DNA of 64,000 nt from Callorhinchus milii. Its lineage: Eukaryota. Position numbers and translations under genes: made by a program. This document shows positions 40,403-53,400 of the stretch, in pieces; within the stretch, counting starts at the first letter, position 1; each line of letters opens with the position of its first letter. The notes under the pieces were generated by a model that did no database searches, was not told the origin of the DNA, and worked only from the letters and a program-made list of their open reading frames with translations. Where the stretch lies: positions 90,956,001 through 91,020,000 of the forward strand of contig NW_024704742.1 in assembly GCF_018977255.1 (NCBI RefSeq), given 5' to 3'.

Positions 40403-41824
40403 TCTGGTTATTAGTGCTGGTTTTGCAAGCTCAAATTTACTGATTCTAGTAACGTTCTCCCATATTGACAGAAAGTGGCAAATTGGTAAACAAAGCATTT
40501 TTAAAAAAAATTGTAGCTTTGAGGTAAAACAGCACAATTTTCAGGCTTGATGTTTTTATCACCAAGATATAGACTCACCGAAATAACCTGGAATGATGAA
40601 CACGTCGTTCCATTATATCCCATCTGTAACTCCATTATTATATCAGAAGGATATTTTCCACGCTTCACTAAAATGGTGACCCCCCTCAACACCCTCCCAA
40701 CCTTAGCCTGATACAAAACAGTCTGTAAGAGTCACATTCAATATATTTAGAGAATCAATGCCCTACCATAACGCCTAATCTATTGTTTAGCATTGCATTT
40801 CATTCATTTTGCTGTGTTTAGTCAAGGCCCTGTTTTGACCTTTGATTCTTGTCTTCAGTCAGTCGATACATTTAGCGGCACCTCACTCTATTCACGCTCA
40901 CTTTCAAATGTGATGACACCTTTGTAGAGCAGGTAGCATAATGGGAAATGAACTGGGTAATAATAACTAGATTCAGCATTTCCACCAATTCTCTGGCCCT
41001 CAGAACCGCTCGAGCGGCTCCCACCACAGGCATGTGGGTAAATTAAGACTAACACGTTCTTGCCCGGGAAGTGCCAGGGACATTAAGTAATCCATATTTA
41101 TTACATCTATCAATTCTTTAAGCTTGTAATTTGTATTGAAAGATGTATTAGACCTAACATTCTGTGCTCTGGGAACAGATTTCTTGTAGAATAATTTTAA
41201 TAAATTGCATTACTGACTGTATGTGAGAGGAGTGCAGTCATTGTACCTTGGTGTCTGTGGATGTGTTTATTTTTTCTCCTTTTCTCTCACATGGTTGCTT
41301 GTATCGTACTTCCATTTTGTGCTGTATTTTTTTTAATGCTGAAGATAATTTCGCTGACCATAGCACTGCACAACTAACGTTGTGTATATTACTACGTGTG
41401 TGGAAACATCATCCAAGAGAATATCTGACTGCTTCAATGGTTTATTAGTCAGCAGTCCTTATTGTTCTACATTTGTACAATCTTCGTTTCAGGTTCTGTA
41501 AGTGTCAGCTCTTTTATCAGGGAGTCTCGTTATTCTGGTAGGGTTCAGCCACAGTGTTTGTGGTTTGATTGCCAAGTGGAAGCAGTGCAGTCAATGTACA
41601 GAGTTACATTCCTAGCACTTTCTGCATCAATTGTCTCTCCTGCTGTTTTGAGGAGTGGATTCTTAGCACAGGAAAATCGTACATTTGTAAACTCTCTACT
41701 GTCATTTTTTAGTTGCATATAGTTTGTTTTGTACATCTTTCTACCCTCACTGGCCACTGGAGGCACAAGGTTCTTGTTAACCTTCCCTTTAAATGATGTT
41801 TCAGTTTGCCACAAAATCACAACA

Positions 41825-42230
41825 GAGGTATGAATAAAGAAGGCATTTGGCCCATTTGATCTCATCCTTCCAGAGTATCCACTCTGCTTTCTTCTCTTTT
41901 AGAGCATCAAAATGTTACTCAAATGAGTCCAGCATCCTGATTCTATCAAACTTCCTGGTAACCTATTTCAAGCTTCAGTTGGTCATGTTGAATATCCTCT
42001 GTGTAAAAAAAATACTTCCTGGTGTCTGTCCTACACTTGTCCTTCAAAACCCTGAACCCATGCCCTGTTGTCATGTTGCCTTCCCATATCTGCAGTACGA
42101 GTCTGCTTTCTCTATCCTACTTAACATCTTATATACCTCTTTAAGGTCCCCTGTGAAATGTGTCTTTTTGAGCTTTAGGAGTCCTGGCTTATCTGGCTAT
42201 TCCTCATGCCTTATCCCTCTAACATGGGTT
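41825..42230 (-). mobile_element. Degenerate CR1 LINE 3' fragment
   Basis: Minus strand: aggggaccttaaagaggtatataagatg (GDL.EVYK), acagggcatgggttc, ttttttacacagagg, then a gggccaaatgccttc tail. Confidence 0.7.
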
Positions 42231-42532
42231 CCTCCCTTGACGGGTTTGTGTAAACTGTTTGTGATGCTACAGGCAGATAGCTGGGGTGGACAATATGACT
42301 TTAATCTGATGATGGCCTCACCAGTACCGCAGGGCACTGTGTAATTACTATCTATTTTTTTAAAAAAACGTATAACTGAACTTTCAATGTCCAAATACAA
42401 AGCAGTTCAAAGTTCTGCCTTTCTATGTCGTGTGAACCCCCACCAAAATATTCTGGACATAAACTGACTGAATAATTTACTGTCTTGGGTTTATTTCAAT
42501 CCTGTAAAAAACTTAGGGACAACTGAAGAGAT

Positions 42533-42756
42533 AAATTCCACCGGGGGTCTAGATTTATTTTATTTATGTAGCATTTCAGAGCGTCCAGAATTTGGCAAAT
42601 TGCTGGATTCAGGCTTCACTTTGAAGCTAGTTTCCTGTAGTTGTTAAATTGACTCAAACTTCCAGCTTCAAAATTATGACTATTTAATAATTTGCCAAAA
42701 TCTGTATGCTCTGAAATAATACATAAATAGAACAAATCTAGACCCAGGTGAAATTT
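42533..42756. repeat. Inverted repeat with about 69-bp arms (MITE-like hairpin)
   Basis: 42533-42601 matches the reverse complement of 42689-42756. Inner tttgaagct/agcttcaaa pair. Confidence 0.85.
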
Positions 42757-44309
42757 CTAACTCCCAGCTTTTTTCCATTATGTTTTCAGCATGTTGCAAT
42801 CCACTCAGCTGCCAAGTGATTTCCAGGGTTAAACTTCACAGAGTGACCATAGCATTTACTTGCAGTGTCAGAAATTTCATTTTATTCAAATTGGTGCAAT
42901 TGTGAATAAGTGATTTTCAGACAGAATTGTAAGACCTGAAAAGCTCTACCTTTACATTAATTCTCAACCCAACCTTCCTACCTCGTCTCTCACCATTCAT
43001 TCATTCCCTTCTCACTCCAGAAAAATATTTAGACGATTGTAACTTATTGCACATTTATCTTTTTACCATTTACCTAAAGGTGTTCTACCTGGCTTGCTTT
43101 CTCACTCTCAATTTTAGTTATTTGACAAAAAAGGGGGATTATTGTGGAAGCAGAGGAGTGGCTGGTGATTTGAGTGAGCGATGAGGCTCACTGCTCAGTT
43201 TTATGGCTCTCCCTTCAAGGAGAGAAGGTTTAGCAGAGGAAGAACCCCTCCCCCCACCATATCCCCCGTCCCCATTGCCTTTATTCAACCCTTTGAGGAG
43301 AATGGTAGCATTGCTTTAACAAACTCAAAATGTGCCTTCATTGCACTGGGCGAGTTTATTTTAAGAGCGTTTTGATTGAAGGGATGTGCCGAGCTTGTGT
43401 GGCTTCCTCTGATCCCACTTTGTATCACTGCAGGTTAGCAATTTACAGAAAATCAGACAGGCAGAGGTTACGCCATCAGAACCGTGTGTGTCTGAAAGCT
43501 GCAAAGGTTAGTCAGTACTCAGAGGGTCAACTGGTTAATAATCATCTCCAATGTAGAAGATATTGCACCCCGAGTAGTGCATTACTGAGTTCATTCACGG
43601 GTGTCAAAGTGTCAGAATTCACGAACCCTGCGGCTCAAGGTGAATCATGACAGCCTTAATGCACTGCTATCAATGTCATAACATCTGCTAATAAATCTCT
43701 CTTACTGTTTAAATGTACAGAGATGATTTTTTTTCAGATAAGGGGAGACTCCTTTTTGTAGGAATTTGGAACAATCTCTGAGTAAAAGCCCATCAGGAGA
43801 AGCTGCTCTTGGTGTGTGTGCACATGTATTTCTGTATTTGCCTCACTCATGTGCGTTTCCCTTGCATGTAAGGTTCTCTATATCCGTGTGTACATCTGTG
43901 TGTCTGTGCATGTGTGTGTGTGTTTTGGATATGTGTACTTGTCTGCATTTGTGTGTCTATCTGGCTGTATGTAATATGCCTCGTATTCTACATATGTGTT
44001 TTTGTTCTTCTACATGTGTACGTATGACACTCATCTGTATTTACATGTTGGTCTGTACAGATATGTGTCGATCCTCATGAGTATTGTGTGCATGCCTTCT
44101 TGTGTTCCTACATGAAATATACTGTATGTATATGTTTATTGACTGCATTAAAAGATCCGCTATGATCTAATAAAACATAGAAGTTGCTTAGCAGACTGAA
44201 TGGCCTCCTCCATGTCTTATGTTCCCAATGCCTAGTTTACACTGTTAGAAACAACTTATCATTTCCAGTCATAAAGCAATTAGGAGCAGGAAGACCTAGG
44301 CCTGAACCT

Positions 44310-44506
44310 CTTCATGGTCTGACTATTGTCTTAAAATTTAAGATTGTGCAGAATTTTAGAAAATTCTTAAGTGCAGTCCTAATTTGGAAGCTGATTTTCC
44401 ACAGTGATGGATGGATAAGACTGAATTTCAGAATTTTCAAAGTTTCGGCACAATCTTACATTTTAGGGCAATGAACCTCAGGATAAGACCACAAGGAATT
44501 TTGGGC
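44310..44506. mobile_element. Palindromic MITE-like element, copy 5 (best preserved)
   Basis: aaaatttaagattgtgcagaattttagaaaattcttaagtgcagtcct pairs imperfectly with aagactgaatttcagaattttcaaagtttcggcacaatcttacatttt. Confidence 0.7.
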
Positions 44507-44792
44507 TGTTGGTTTATGCTTTCTACTCCCAAATTCCTTTAGCCAGTGGTTGAGAGCAGCTCTGCCAATATGAAAGTGAGCACATGTGCAGGACTCCCCA
44601 AACAGACGTTAAATACTGATTAAATGTCAATGTTATTAAAGAGCTGATTATGTGACTGGCTTTTCAGTAGTATTAAGAATACTCCTTTAAACGTTATTTG
44701 GTGGTCTATCAATTCATACTATATTATTATTTGCATTTATCCTTTTCTGGTCAAAGGAACTTCTAAAAATGCAAGTGCACACTTATACACAT

Positions 44793-45649
44793 ATGAGTGC
44801 AAACTTCCTGCAGTTGAATGTGGACAAGACGGAAGCCATACTCTTTGGCTCCCGTCAACGTCTTCACTCAAGGGGATCTAAACTCCTCAACCTCCCTGGG
44901 CCCTCCCTTAGACTAGATGAACCAGTGCGCAATCTAGGTGTCCGGTTCGACCCCCAGCTGTTTTTCCTCCACCACATCCATCCCTAACCAGGACTGCCTT
45001 ACTCCACCTCCGTCACATTGCCCACCTCTGACCGTCCCTTACCCCAAATGTAGCCGAAACCCTCGTGCATGCGTTTGTCACCTCCCATCTGGATTACTCA
45101 AACGCACTCCTCACCGGTCTCCCCAGCTCCATTATTCAAAAAATCCAGCTCATTCAGAACTCTGCTGCCCACATACTGACCCGGACCAAACTCCATACCC
45201 ACATCTCACCAGTTCTGGCCAGGCTTCACTGACTCCCCATCACCGAATTGATCGACTTCAAGATCCTCACACTTGTGTTCAAATCCCTTCACTCCCTGGC
45301 ACCTCCGTACCTCTCTGACCGCCTCACTCCCCAGTCCACTACCTGCGCCTCCGTTCGACTGGCACCAGCCTCCTGCTCGTCCCTCTCACCCTCCGCTACA
45401 CCATTGGAGGTCCCACTTTCAGCCACTACACCTTGAAACTCTGGAACACTCTCCCTCAAGCCCTCCGCTTTGTCCCCCCTCTCCCCTTTTTCAGATCCCG
45501 CCTGAAAACCTTCCTCTTCGACTGTGCTTTCGGCCACCTCCCCCCCACCCCACCCCGGCTCGGAGTCAGGCTTTGCCACCATTAAACGTTCTGAAACGCT
45601 ACCCTGCTTGGGGGCACTATATAAGTGCAAGTTGATGTTGTTGTTGTTG
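44793..45649 (+). mobile_element. L2-clade LINE 3' fragment, frameshifted
   Basis: MSANFLQLNVDKTEAILFG...VRNLGVRFD and [21 protein letters not shown]. (GTT)n tail. Confidence 0.93.
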
Positions 45650-47304
45650 CCGGGTTCTATTCACTAGTCTTGTAATATTAATGAATAAACATTACACTGT
45701 TGGCTCATTACTAACAATTCAAAAGTAGAAGTAATTCAACCACTGGGATCTTTCCAAATTTTGAGTTCTAAGCATTGTGAAACTACCCTGTTTGCCAAAA
45801 TGTAGGTTGTATTCCGATCACAAATTCTGATCAGAAAATAGCAAACTAGAGTTATGCTGCAGATTATTCATCAATTCAACATGAAACCAATATCATATTG
45901 TCACAGAAATTTGCAAAACAACTGCATATGTATGTGTGAGTGTGTGAGTCTTATGTGTCTGGTGTGCCTGAGATGTCTAACATCTATCTCAGCTTGTACA
46001 GCTTTTGCTACTTTTAAGAGTTGTTGAATATCCAGAGATTGAGTCATTTAAATCATATTTAATTTATGAAAAAACTGTTCTATAAAGGGATAAGATTGTT
46101 TTATACTTTATCTGAGATATAAATTGAGTTTTTAATCACACATTTTATGTAATACAGCCCTGAATAAATAGCTTGAATAGCTTTCCAATTGTATTTCAGA
46201 CATTTAACTACATTTTTAGTCCATATGCCAGTGAACCGTAGAGTAATGCTAATGGATTTGCTGTTTTTTGGCATGATGTCAACAGTGAGGACAATTGGAT
46301 TAAGTGGCTATTCTGTTACCTCATTCTTCTGGAGCATGCAGCAGAACAACATGTTTTCTTCCCTGTAGATCCTAATGAACAAATATTGCTGCTGGATAAT
46401 CAAGTCAAATCACTTGAGCCTATGAAAAAAATTGTAGTAAAACACCAGACTATATGTAAGGGGTATGGTAAGTCTCCATCAAATTTCTAACAGTATGATA
46501 CGCCCGCCCCCCACCCCCACCCCAGCGGAAAGATTTCTCCACCTTCTCTTGACGATGTGCCTTTATAATAAGATATTATAAGGTTGTCCAATTTCACAGA
46601 GGAATGGGGAACATTGTCAACATTATTGGTAAATTGTCACAGAATCACGCCCAAAATTCCCCATGGTCTGGTAGGTTTTATTTTGTTCACAGAATGCTAT
46701 CAGTGTTTGGAATTACCATTACCATTTGTGGCATTTTTCCTGGTACAGTAGGATCCAGGACTGAATAGTTGCACTTGGGAGGTTTCAGATGGGCTAAGCT
46801 CTTGAACAGCCAGCTTTGAAAACTCAACCGAAGCATTACTATGTTTTGTCACAGGGGTACATTCATTGCTTCTAGTGTAATGAATACCAACAAACTTTTA
46901 TAATGCTTATGTAGATAATGATGCCTTAAGGAGATAATGATGCATCCTCTGATTATGTGAGGTTTCTACCTAGACACTGGCAGACAACATCCTGTTAAAT
47001 GGCTCTTTCTAACATTATGAAATTGTGTTTCCATTTCACAAGGCAGTGGTGTCAGGACTTCTATATCACCAGAGTTGTCACTACATTAAGAGGATTTCAC
47101 TGTCTCAGCAGATTCGTCATTTAATACAGAGGATTTCACTGTACCAGGAGTGCTCACAATGTTAAGAGATTTTACTATATCAGAGAGTTGACACTATATC
47201 AGGAAGCTTTTCACTATATGAGGAGCTATCTGATTGTAACTTTAAAATTAATGCAACTCAAAAAGTGATTAGTTGTCTTTTAAAAATTAGCTACTGAATA
47301 TATT

Positions 47305-47370
47305 GCCTTGGGACATCCTCCCGACGTGAAAGGCGCTATACAAATGTAATCTTGTTGTTGTTGTTGTTGT
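47305..47370 (+). mobile_element. L2 3' terminal fragment
   Basis: gccttgggacatcctcccgacgtgaaaggcgctatacaaatgtaatc(ttg)n. Confidence 0.8.
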
Positions 47371-49516
47371 ACACAGCCACTTAAATGCATGCAAACTTGA
47401 GAGTTCCCCTAAACCTTGATTAAATGTGAGCTTACTCACTCTCTGTTTCTCCCTGCTATAAAACTGAGTACATTTTAACAAAATGATTGCACTCTTTCGG
47501 CTATTGGAGACATCTCCAACAATCAGCAGATCTTTAACAATTCAGCACACCCCCAACTCCTCACTGGAGTGTTAGCCTAAACTGTGAGTTCAAAGATTGA
47601 CACACAGATGAGGAAGGGTGGAGGTAAGGAATTCCACACTCCTGAGGTGCTGGGAAAGAGTGAATTATAGTAGGAGACTGATTATATTAATGTCCACAAA
47701 GTGCTTGAAAAGATATTGAGCCACGGTGAATTGGAACATCCAAAATTGTAATTTGGGTGGACACTGGAACACCAGTGTGTGTTGGGAAAAATGCAAGCTG
47801 ATTTGGGATTTCGATTGACATGACACTGAGCTCCCAGTGCCAGGCTTGTCTCTCTGGGGAGACACTGAACAAGTTCAGGAGTCTTGCTACACATACAGTG
47901 AAGAACGGACAGTCAGGAAATGTCAACACAGTCAAACATGAATAAAGAGGAGCGTATTGAGATAGAGAAAAGACATAAAGAGTCATATTAAGTGTTCAAC
48001 GGATTAATAATTACACATTTAAGATAGGCAATAAAGTTATAATCCAAACCAGTTCCTTCAAAGCGGATTGAAATGATTCAGCTTTGTAACTTTCAGAGCA
48101 ACCCACAGGGCAACAAATCAGTTACAGGAATAAATGATAACTAATTCCCCTTTTTTTTATTATTTCATTCGGACCTGGTAGTGCTGATTCACAATCTCAA
48201 ACCCAGCTGACAAATTACGCTTATTTATTGGACTCATCAGCAGGGCTGAAAAGCTATATTTTTGACTAATCCAGACAAAGTGTCTCAATTGAGAGGAATC
48301 ATACTCTCATCATTTCTATGTCATCACACCATTCAGAGATTTTAAAAACAATTTTCTCAAAATGTATTGCTCAATTGCTCCATGCTGTGTATTTCCATAT
48401 TAGGAAAGAGTTCAGGGGAAATGCAAAAGGCCAGCTAACAGCAAGCTGTACAGTATTTTTGTGAATGTAATTATTTCACTGTGGCACGTAGCTATTGTAG
48501 TGTCAACTACGTAAGCACTTTATGTCCATATAAAGGTAAGAGATAAATCGAGAAATATTCTGAAATCAATAGGTCTCAGGATTTAAAGTTACTGTGAACG
48601 GAGGCAAGTCATAGTTCTTTCTGAGCGACACAAGTTGAAAAAATTACTAGGGTCAAAGTCCAACAGGCATAGGTCACAAACTACGCTGATCGAACTGAGC
48701 TCTGTTGCTTGTCAGCTCAGCTGCTCATGCCTTCATCTGACCAGTAAGTTCTCTGCCAAAGCAGTAAATATGGGCCAAAGGGACAGAGGTCAATGAGATC
48801 AGGGAGAGATGTGAAACAGTAAGATTAGAAACAATAGGTGTCTTTTAAATCTGGTGATTTTTTTTCTTTCATCCCTCTCCTTTTATTTCAAAGGTAACGC
48901 TTGTGATATATAGGTACTTGGGGATCTGTGTGTGATATTTCTGTCTGATTCAGGCGCTGATCTCCTTTGAAGTGGACACTGCAGTCACTGACTGACCAGC
49001 AGATGTCTTGCTGCAGTTGCATTGACTGCACACAGGACAGACAGTGAGCTGTGTCTCTCGAGACTCAAGGCCTGCAGGTTACCACTCGCTTAAAATCGAT
49101 CCGATGCTTCAAGTATTATTCTTGACATTGGCACTTCAGCTTTTCTTCTCACTTCTGGCTCTGCGTATGTTTGTGTGTGTGTTTGTGTGTGTATGTGTGT
49201 GTGTTTCTGTTTTTCTTTGGTCTGTGCTCTATGAGCGATATTTCAGACTTATTTTTGAAACAAAAATCTATTGCAAATCCCTTTGTCAAAAAATTCCTTA
49301 AGGAATTTGATAGTATCGTAGAATCCTATTGGATCCTATAAGACTTTTATAGGATTTTCAGTTTATCCCATAGGATTTTATAAGATTCAATACGAAAACC
49401 TAAAAATAATTGTGAGGGATTTGGGAAACAGGCTATTTACAGAAATGTGGACTCTTTACATTTTGTTTTTTGCAATGTAGAAGGAAAACAAAAATAAATG
49501 ACCACTTTTAGAAAGA

Positions 49517-49727
49517 GTGGAACACTCTCCCTCAATCCCTCCACCTGGTCCCCTCTGCCTGCTCTTTCAAGTCCCTCCTGAAAACCTTCCTGTTCGACCG
49601 TGCTTACGGTCACCTCCCCCACCCACCCCCCCACCGGTTCAGAGTCAGGCTCCACCACTGTTAAGTGCTCTGAGATGCTACTCTGCATGGAGGATGCTAT
49701 ATAAGTGCAAGTTGTTGTTATTGTTGA
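49517..49727 (+). mobile_element. L2 3' fragment
   Basis: Closely matches 45441-45649. Confidence 0.88.
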
Positions 49728-50899
49728 TGTCTTTTCTTCAAGACTGTTTAAATTATGGGTCTTCAAGGGCAAGGTTAGCCATTCCAGGGTTAGTATGACA
49801 GCAGGTCTGAGTATAAGCATTAGAAAATATCCTGTCTTGTCCACTGTACATATTTTGTACTTTTCTCATCATTAACACTCAAAACCCACTTCAACATCTA
49901 CTTATCACGTGGCTGCCTTATATCGATATATATATTTTAGGTGCTGATGCCTATTAGGCTTTCATATCTTACTGCATGGCATTGAGCATCAGCTGAAGAT
50001 TAAGAGTTTAATGTACTGGTGTGAAGACGGTGTGCCAACTGAGAAGGCACTGTCAGTCAGTACTTGCACACTCTCACAATTTCCTCTAATGAAGTGATGT
50101 CCCCAAGTATTGTGCAGAAGCATTTTCACTTTGAGAATTCACATGGAAGAATTTTTTCTCAGGTTGGGCATGCTCTGCTAAGGAGGCAGTAAAAAGAGAG
50201 GGTTGCATGAATTTGTGAATAATCTGACATTGATTTTCCTAAATCCTGGTAGTGTGATGTTAGAGAAGTTAATGTTTCAGGGTGAGATTGCCTCCACCTT
50301 CTGCTTTTTGGCATGGTCCCCTCCCTCACTCTTTATGCCAAAAAAGTGATGATTTCTAATTTTATGCAGGGTATTGGGCATTGTTACAGAGCCAGAGTCA
50401 TGGTCGTATATCCTCTTTGCACATTATTCTTAACCCTTAGATTTGTGGCAGCTTTAGGGATTCCAGGCTTCCCGCACTGCAATGGTCAGCATTGTGAGAT
50501 TTCAGCTTACACACTGTGAGTGTGATTATTCAGTGAAATAATGCTAGTTAGAATTTTACTAGATGTCAGAGGTAGCTTCATTACTACAATTTTAATATTT
50601 CACTGAATAAACAATTCAGTGACAATTCAGTCAAAATAAGAAAATACCTTCAATTTGTTTTTAAAAAATATAATTTGGTTATTCAATCCATTGCTGTTAA
50701 CAATTGGCTGCTGTGTTTAACTCACAAAATATACATTAATTCACTTCACACTACATTCTGTAAAATCGTTTTGAGACGTTTCAACGATGTGATAAGGCGC
50801 GATATGAAATGAAAGGATTATTATTATTAATTCAAGCACTTGTTTTTCTAAAATAAAGTTTAAACAGCTACAGTACTTTAGTTCTTCCTGCCTTTCCTT

Positions 50900-51459
50900 T
50901 AGTCTCGAATTCTTCTCTTTCTCGCATTCTCTCATTTTTGGGCGTTTCGATTTTTTGGGGGATCTCTTACGCATATACAGTCCCTACCCGGACAGTCGTG
51001 TGAAGTTCTTTGATGTTTCAACGATGTGATAAGCTGCTATATCAAATGCAAGGATTATTATTTTTACGTTATTGCCAATTAATATTCAATGTTTCAAATT
51101 TCTCGTTTCTTAAAAATACTATTTAAAAANGATACAATTTAAAATCCTTTTTTTAAAAAAAAACTTTGCACGTTATGCTATATTCTCAATATCCAGTCTC
51201 TGATTGACTGAAAACCAGCTCAAAAGTCCGCTTTTCCGATCACTGCACATTCTTGAAGGTCGATGCACCTTTGCACCTCCCCTGATCGATTCGGTGCACG
51301 TTGTCACCTCCGAGGTGTCACACAAGCCGAAGGCGGGATAATTCGTCAGATCATAAGCATCTTATTTATTGTATGTTTTTTCTTTTTTTTAAAAAAAAAT
51401 CACTGTGTAGCACTGAATCTCGGAAATAACTAGAATCGGTGGCCAGAGTTTCCGTCTGC

Positions 51460-51504
<45 letters not shown>

Positions 51505-52412
51505 GGTAGTTCACAACACTGCCCGGATTGAACACAGTGTAGGGTGGGTGCAGAGGCAGTGACATTGCAGACTTGTCCCCTCTTCAGTGCACTGGGCACC
51601 AGCTCAGCACTGCCCACCCTCTGCCTCCTGCACACAACACCTGTTTGGGACAGAGCTCTGTGGGGTTTACCCGCAGCTCTTGCGGCGCTCTGCAGACGGC
51701 TGTTTGCAGACTGCAGCAGAGGCGCAATGCACAGGTCGGCAAAGGGGGGCAATATCCTAATAACCGGGGCATTTTTTTGTGTGTGTGTGTGTGTGTGGGG
51801 GCGCTTCTGTGCGCTTTAACCTTTGGAGGTGTTTAAAGACCGTCTTTGCCTTTTGCGCTCGATTTCGTTCCTAAAACAACGCGATAAAGAATGTCACCTC
51901 TTCTGCTAAAGATCAGTGTTTCACACACACACATATATATATATCCATATATATAAAGTATATATACACACAACACTGAGATGGAATTGAGGCATTTTCT
52001 ATCGCAATTTTTCTTTGCACTTTTTATCCCCCGCAGTATTATTTTCGCCTTTATATAAAAAATATTAAGGGGGTGTGGGGGGGTGGGGTGGGGGGCAAGT
52101 GCACAGGGACCACAGAACATGTGGGGTCCACACCAGCTTTGGGGGGGGGGTTAAAAATGCTCCTTGTGTCTGTGCATCCAGTTGGTTTGTTCATTATCGG
52201 TTTATAATAACTATTATTATTATAATTATTATTATTAAAATAAAAAATCCTTTTTTTCCGCAATGGTTGTTTGAAGCCAAGTTCATAATAGCATTTAAAA
52301 GGAATCGACTGACTATTGGATTCGTCAAATAATATTAAACGGTGTGGGGAAGAGCAAAGGGGATGTCAATAGAGTAAATAGCTCTACTGGAGGGGAAAAT
52401 AATCCCCACCCC

Positions 52413-52443
<31 letters not shown>

Positions 52444-53400
52444 ACAATAATGAGTTTAAACACTATAAAAACAGATCTGTGACTAAAAAGAGCGCTGTGA
52501 TTTCCACAGTCCCAGTTCCAAGTGCAATCCTGTTATCTCCCTCTTTACGACAAGTCTGGGAAGCACAAGGGTTGTGTGTGTGTGTGTGTGTGTGTGTTTC
52601 TGTGTGTTTTAAAATCTCTAAATTTACGCACAGTATACACTGCAAATGCAGCAATACATAAAAGGTATCTGGGGCTGAAAGACTGAACGAAGGGGCTGCG
52701 GTTTATTTAATTGAGGGAAGGACAACCAAGAAGGCGAGAGCGTCTCTAATGGGATAATGAGAGCTGCTGAGGTGGGTTTGTTGTGTTAGATACTGACATG
52801 GACCAGTGCTCACAGACTGCGAGCATCCCGCTGTTTTGTATGGGTTTGGGGGGGGGGGGTTGGAGGACAAAGTTGGTTCACACTCAGCGCTCTTCATTTT
52901 ATCCTTTTAAATGAAGGTTACGACTGGAATGGGATTTTTTTTAAAAAAAACTGGAGATTTTTCTTGGGAGCCCCCAAAGATTTGGTGGCTGCAATGAGTT
53001 CAATCACGGTTGATGCTCTATTCGGGGGAGAGGTTTTTTTTTGCTGGTTTACGGAGGGTATGTGCTGTTTGCATACATCGGGTTACATTTGATGGGATTT
53101 TCAGGTTTGTCGGTCTGGATTGCAATCGTTTGGAGTTTCTGTCCTGGTCACTTTGCATCGAGCTGTAGTTATGCAGTTATGTAACTGCTTAGCGAGTGAA
53201 CGACAATAATGCTGTAATTCGAGCACAAGTCACTGGGTCCACTTTATCTCAAAGGGTAAAATAAATACCTTTAATCCCTCTGAAATAACTTTGTGCAAAA
53301 CCAAGGCGTGTTTGCTGTGTGCTCAAAGCGTTCTGGAGGTTTTTTCGATTTTCACTGCAAAAGATAAAGCTTGAAAAGGGTTTGGCTCAAGGTAACGAGC
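50900..53400. promoter_or_regulatory. CpG-enriched, simple-repeat-rich region; candidate intronic promoter or enhancer
   Basis: Visibly more CpG than the flanks, with several G/C tracts and (GT)n/(CA)n runs and few interspersed repeats. Not quantified. Confidence 0.35.
51462..51504. repeat. (AAT)n microsatellite
   Basis: Direct tandem repeat. Confidence 0.95.

Noticed and set aside
41847..42344. 165-aa ORF
   Set aside because: Antisense to a decayed CR1 fragment, with no protein-like signature.
51712..51726. CTCF-like motif gcagcagaggcgca
   Set aside because: The spacing deviates from the core consensus. Not supportable without a matrix scan.
51366..51752. ORF with a poly-Tyr run
   Set aside because: The run is the translation of the (AAT)n microsatellite.
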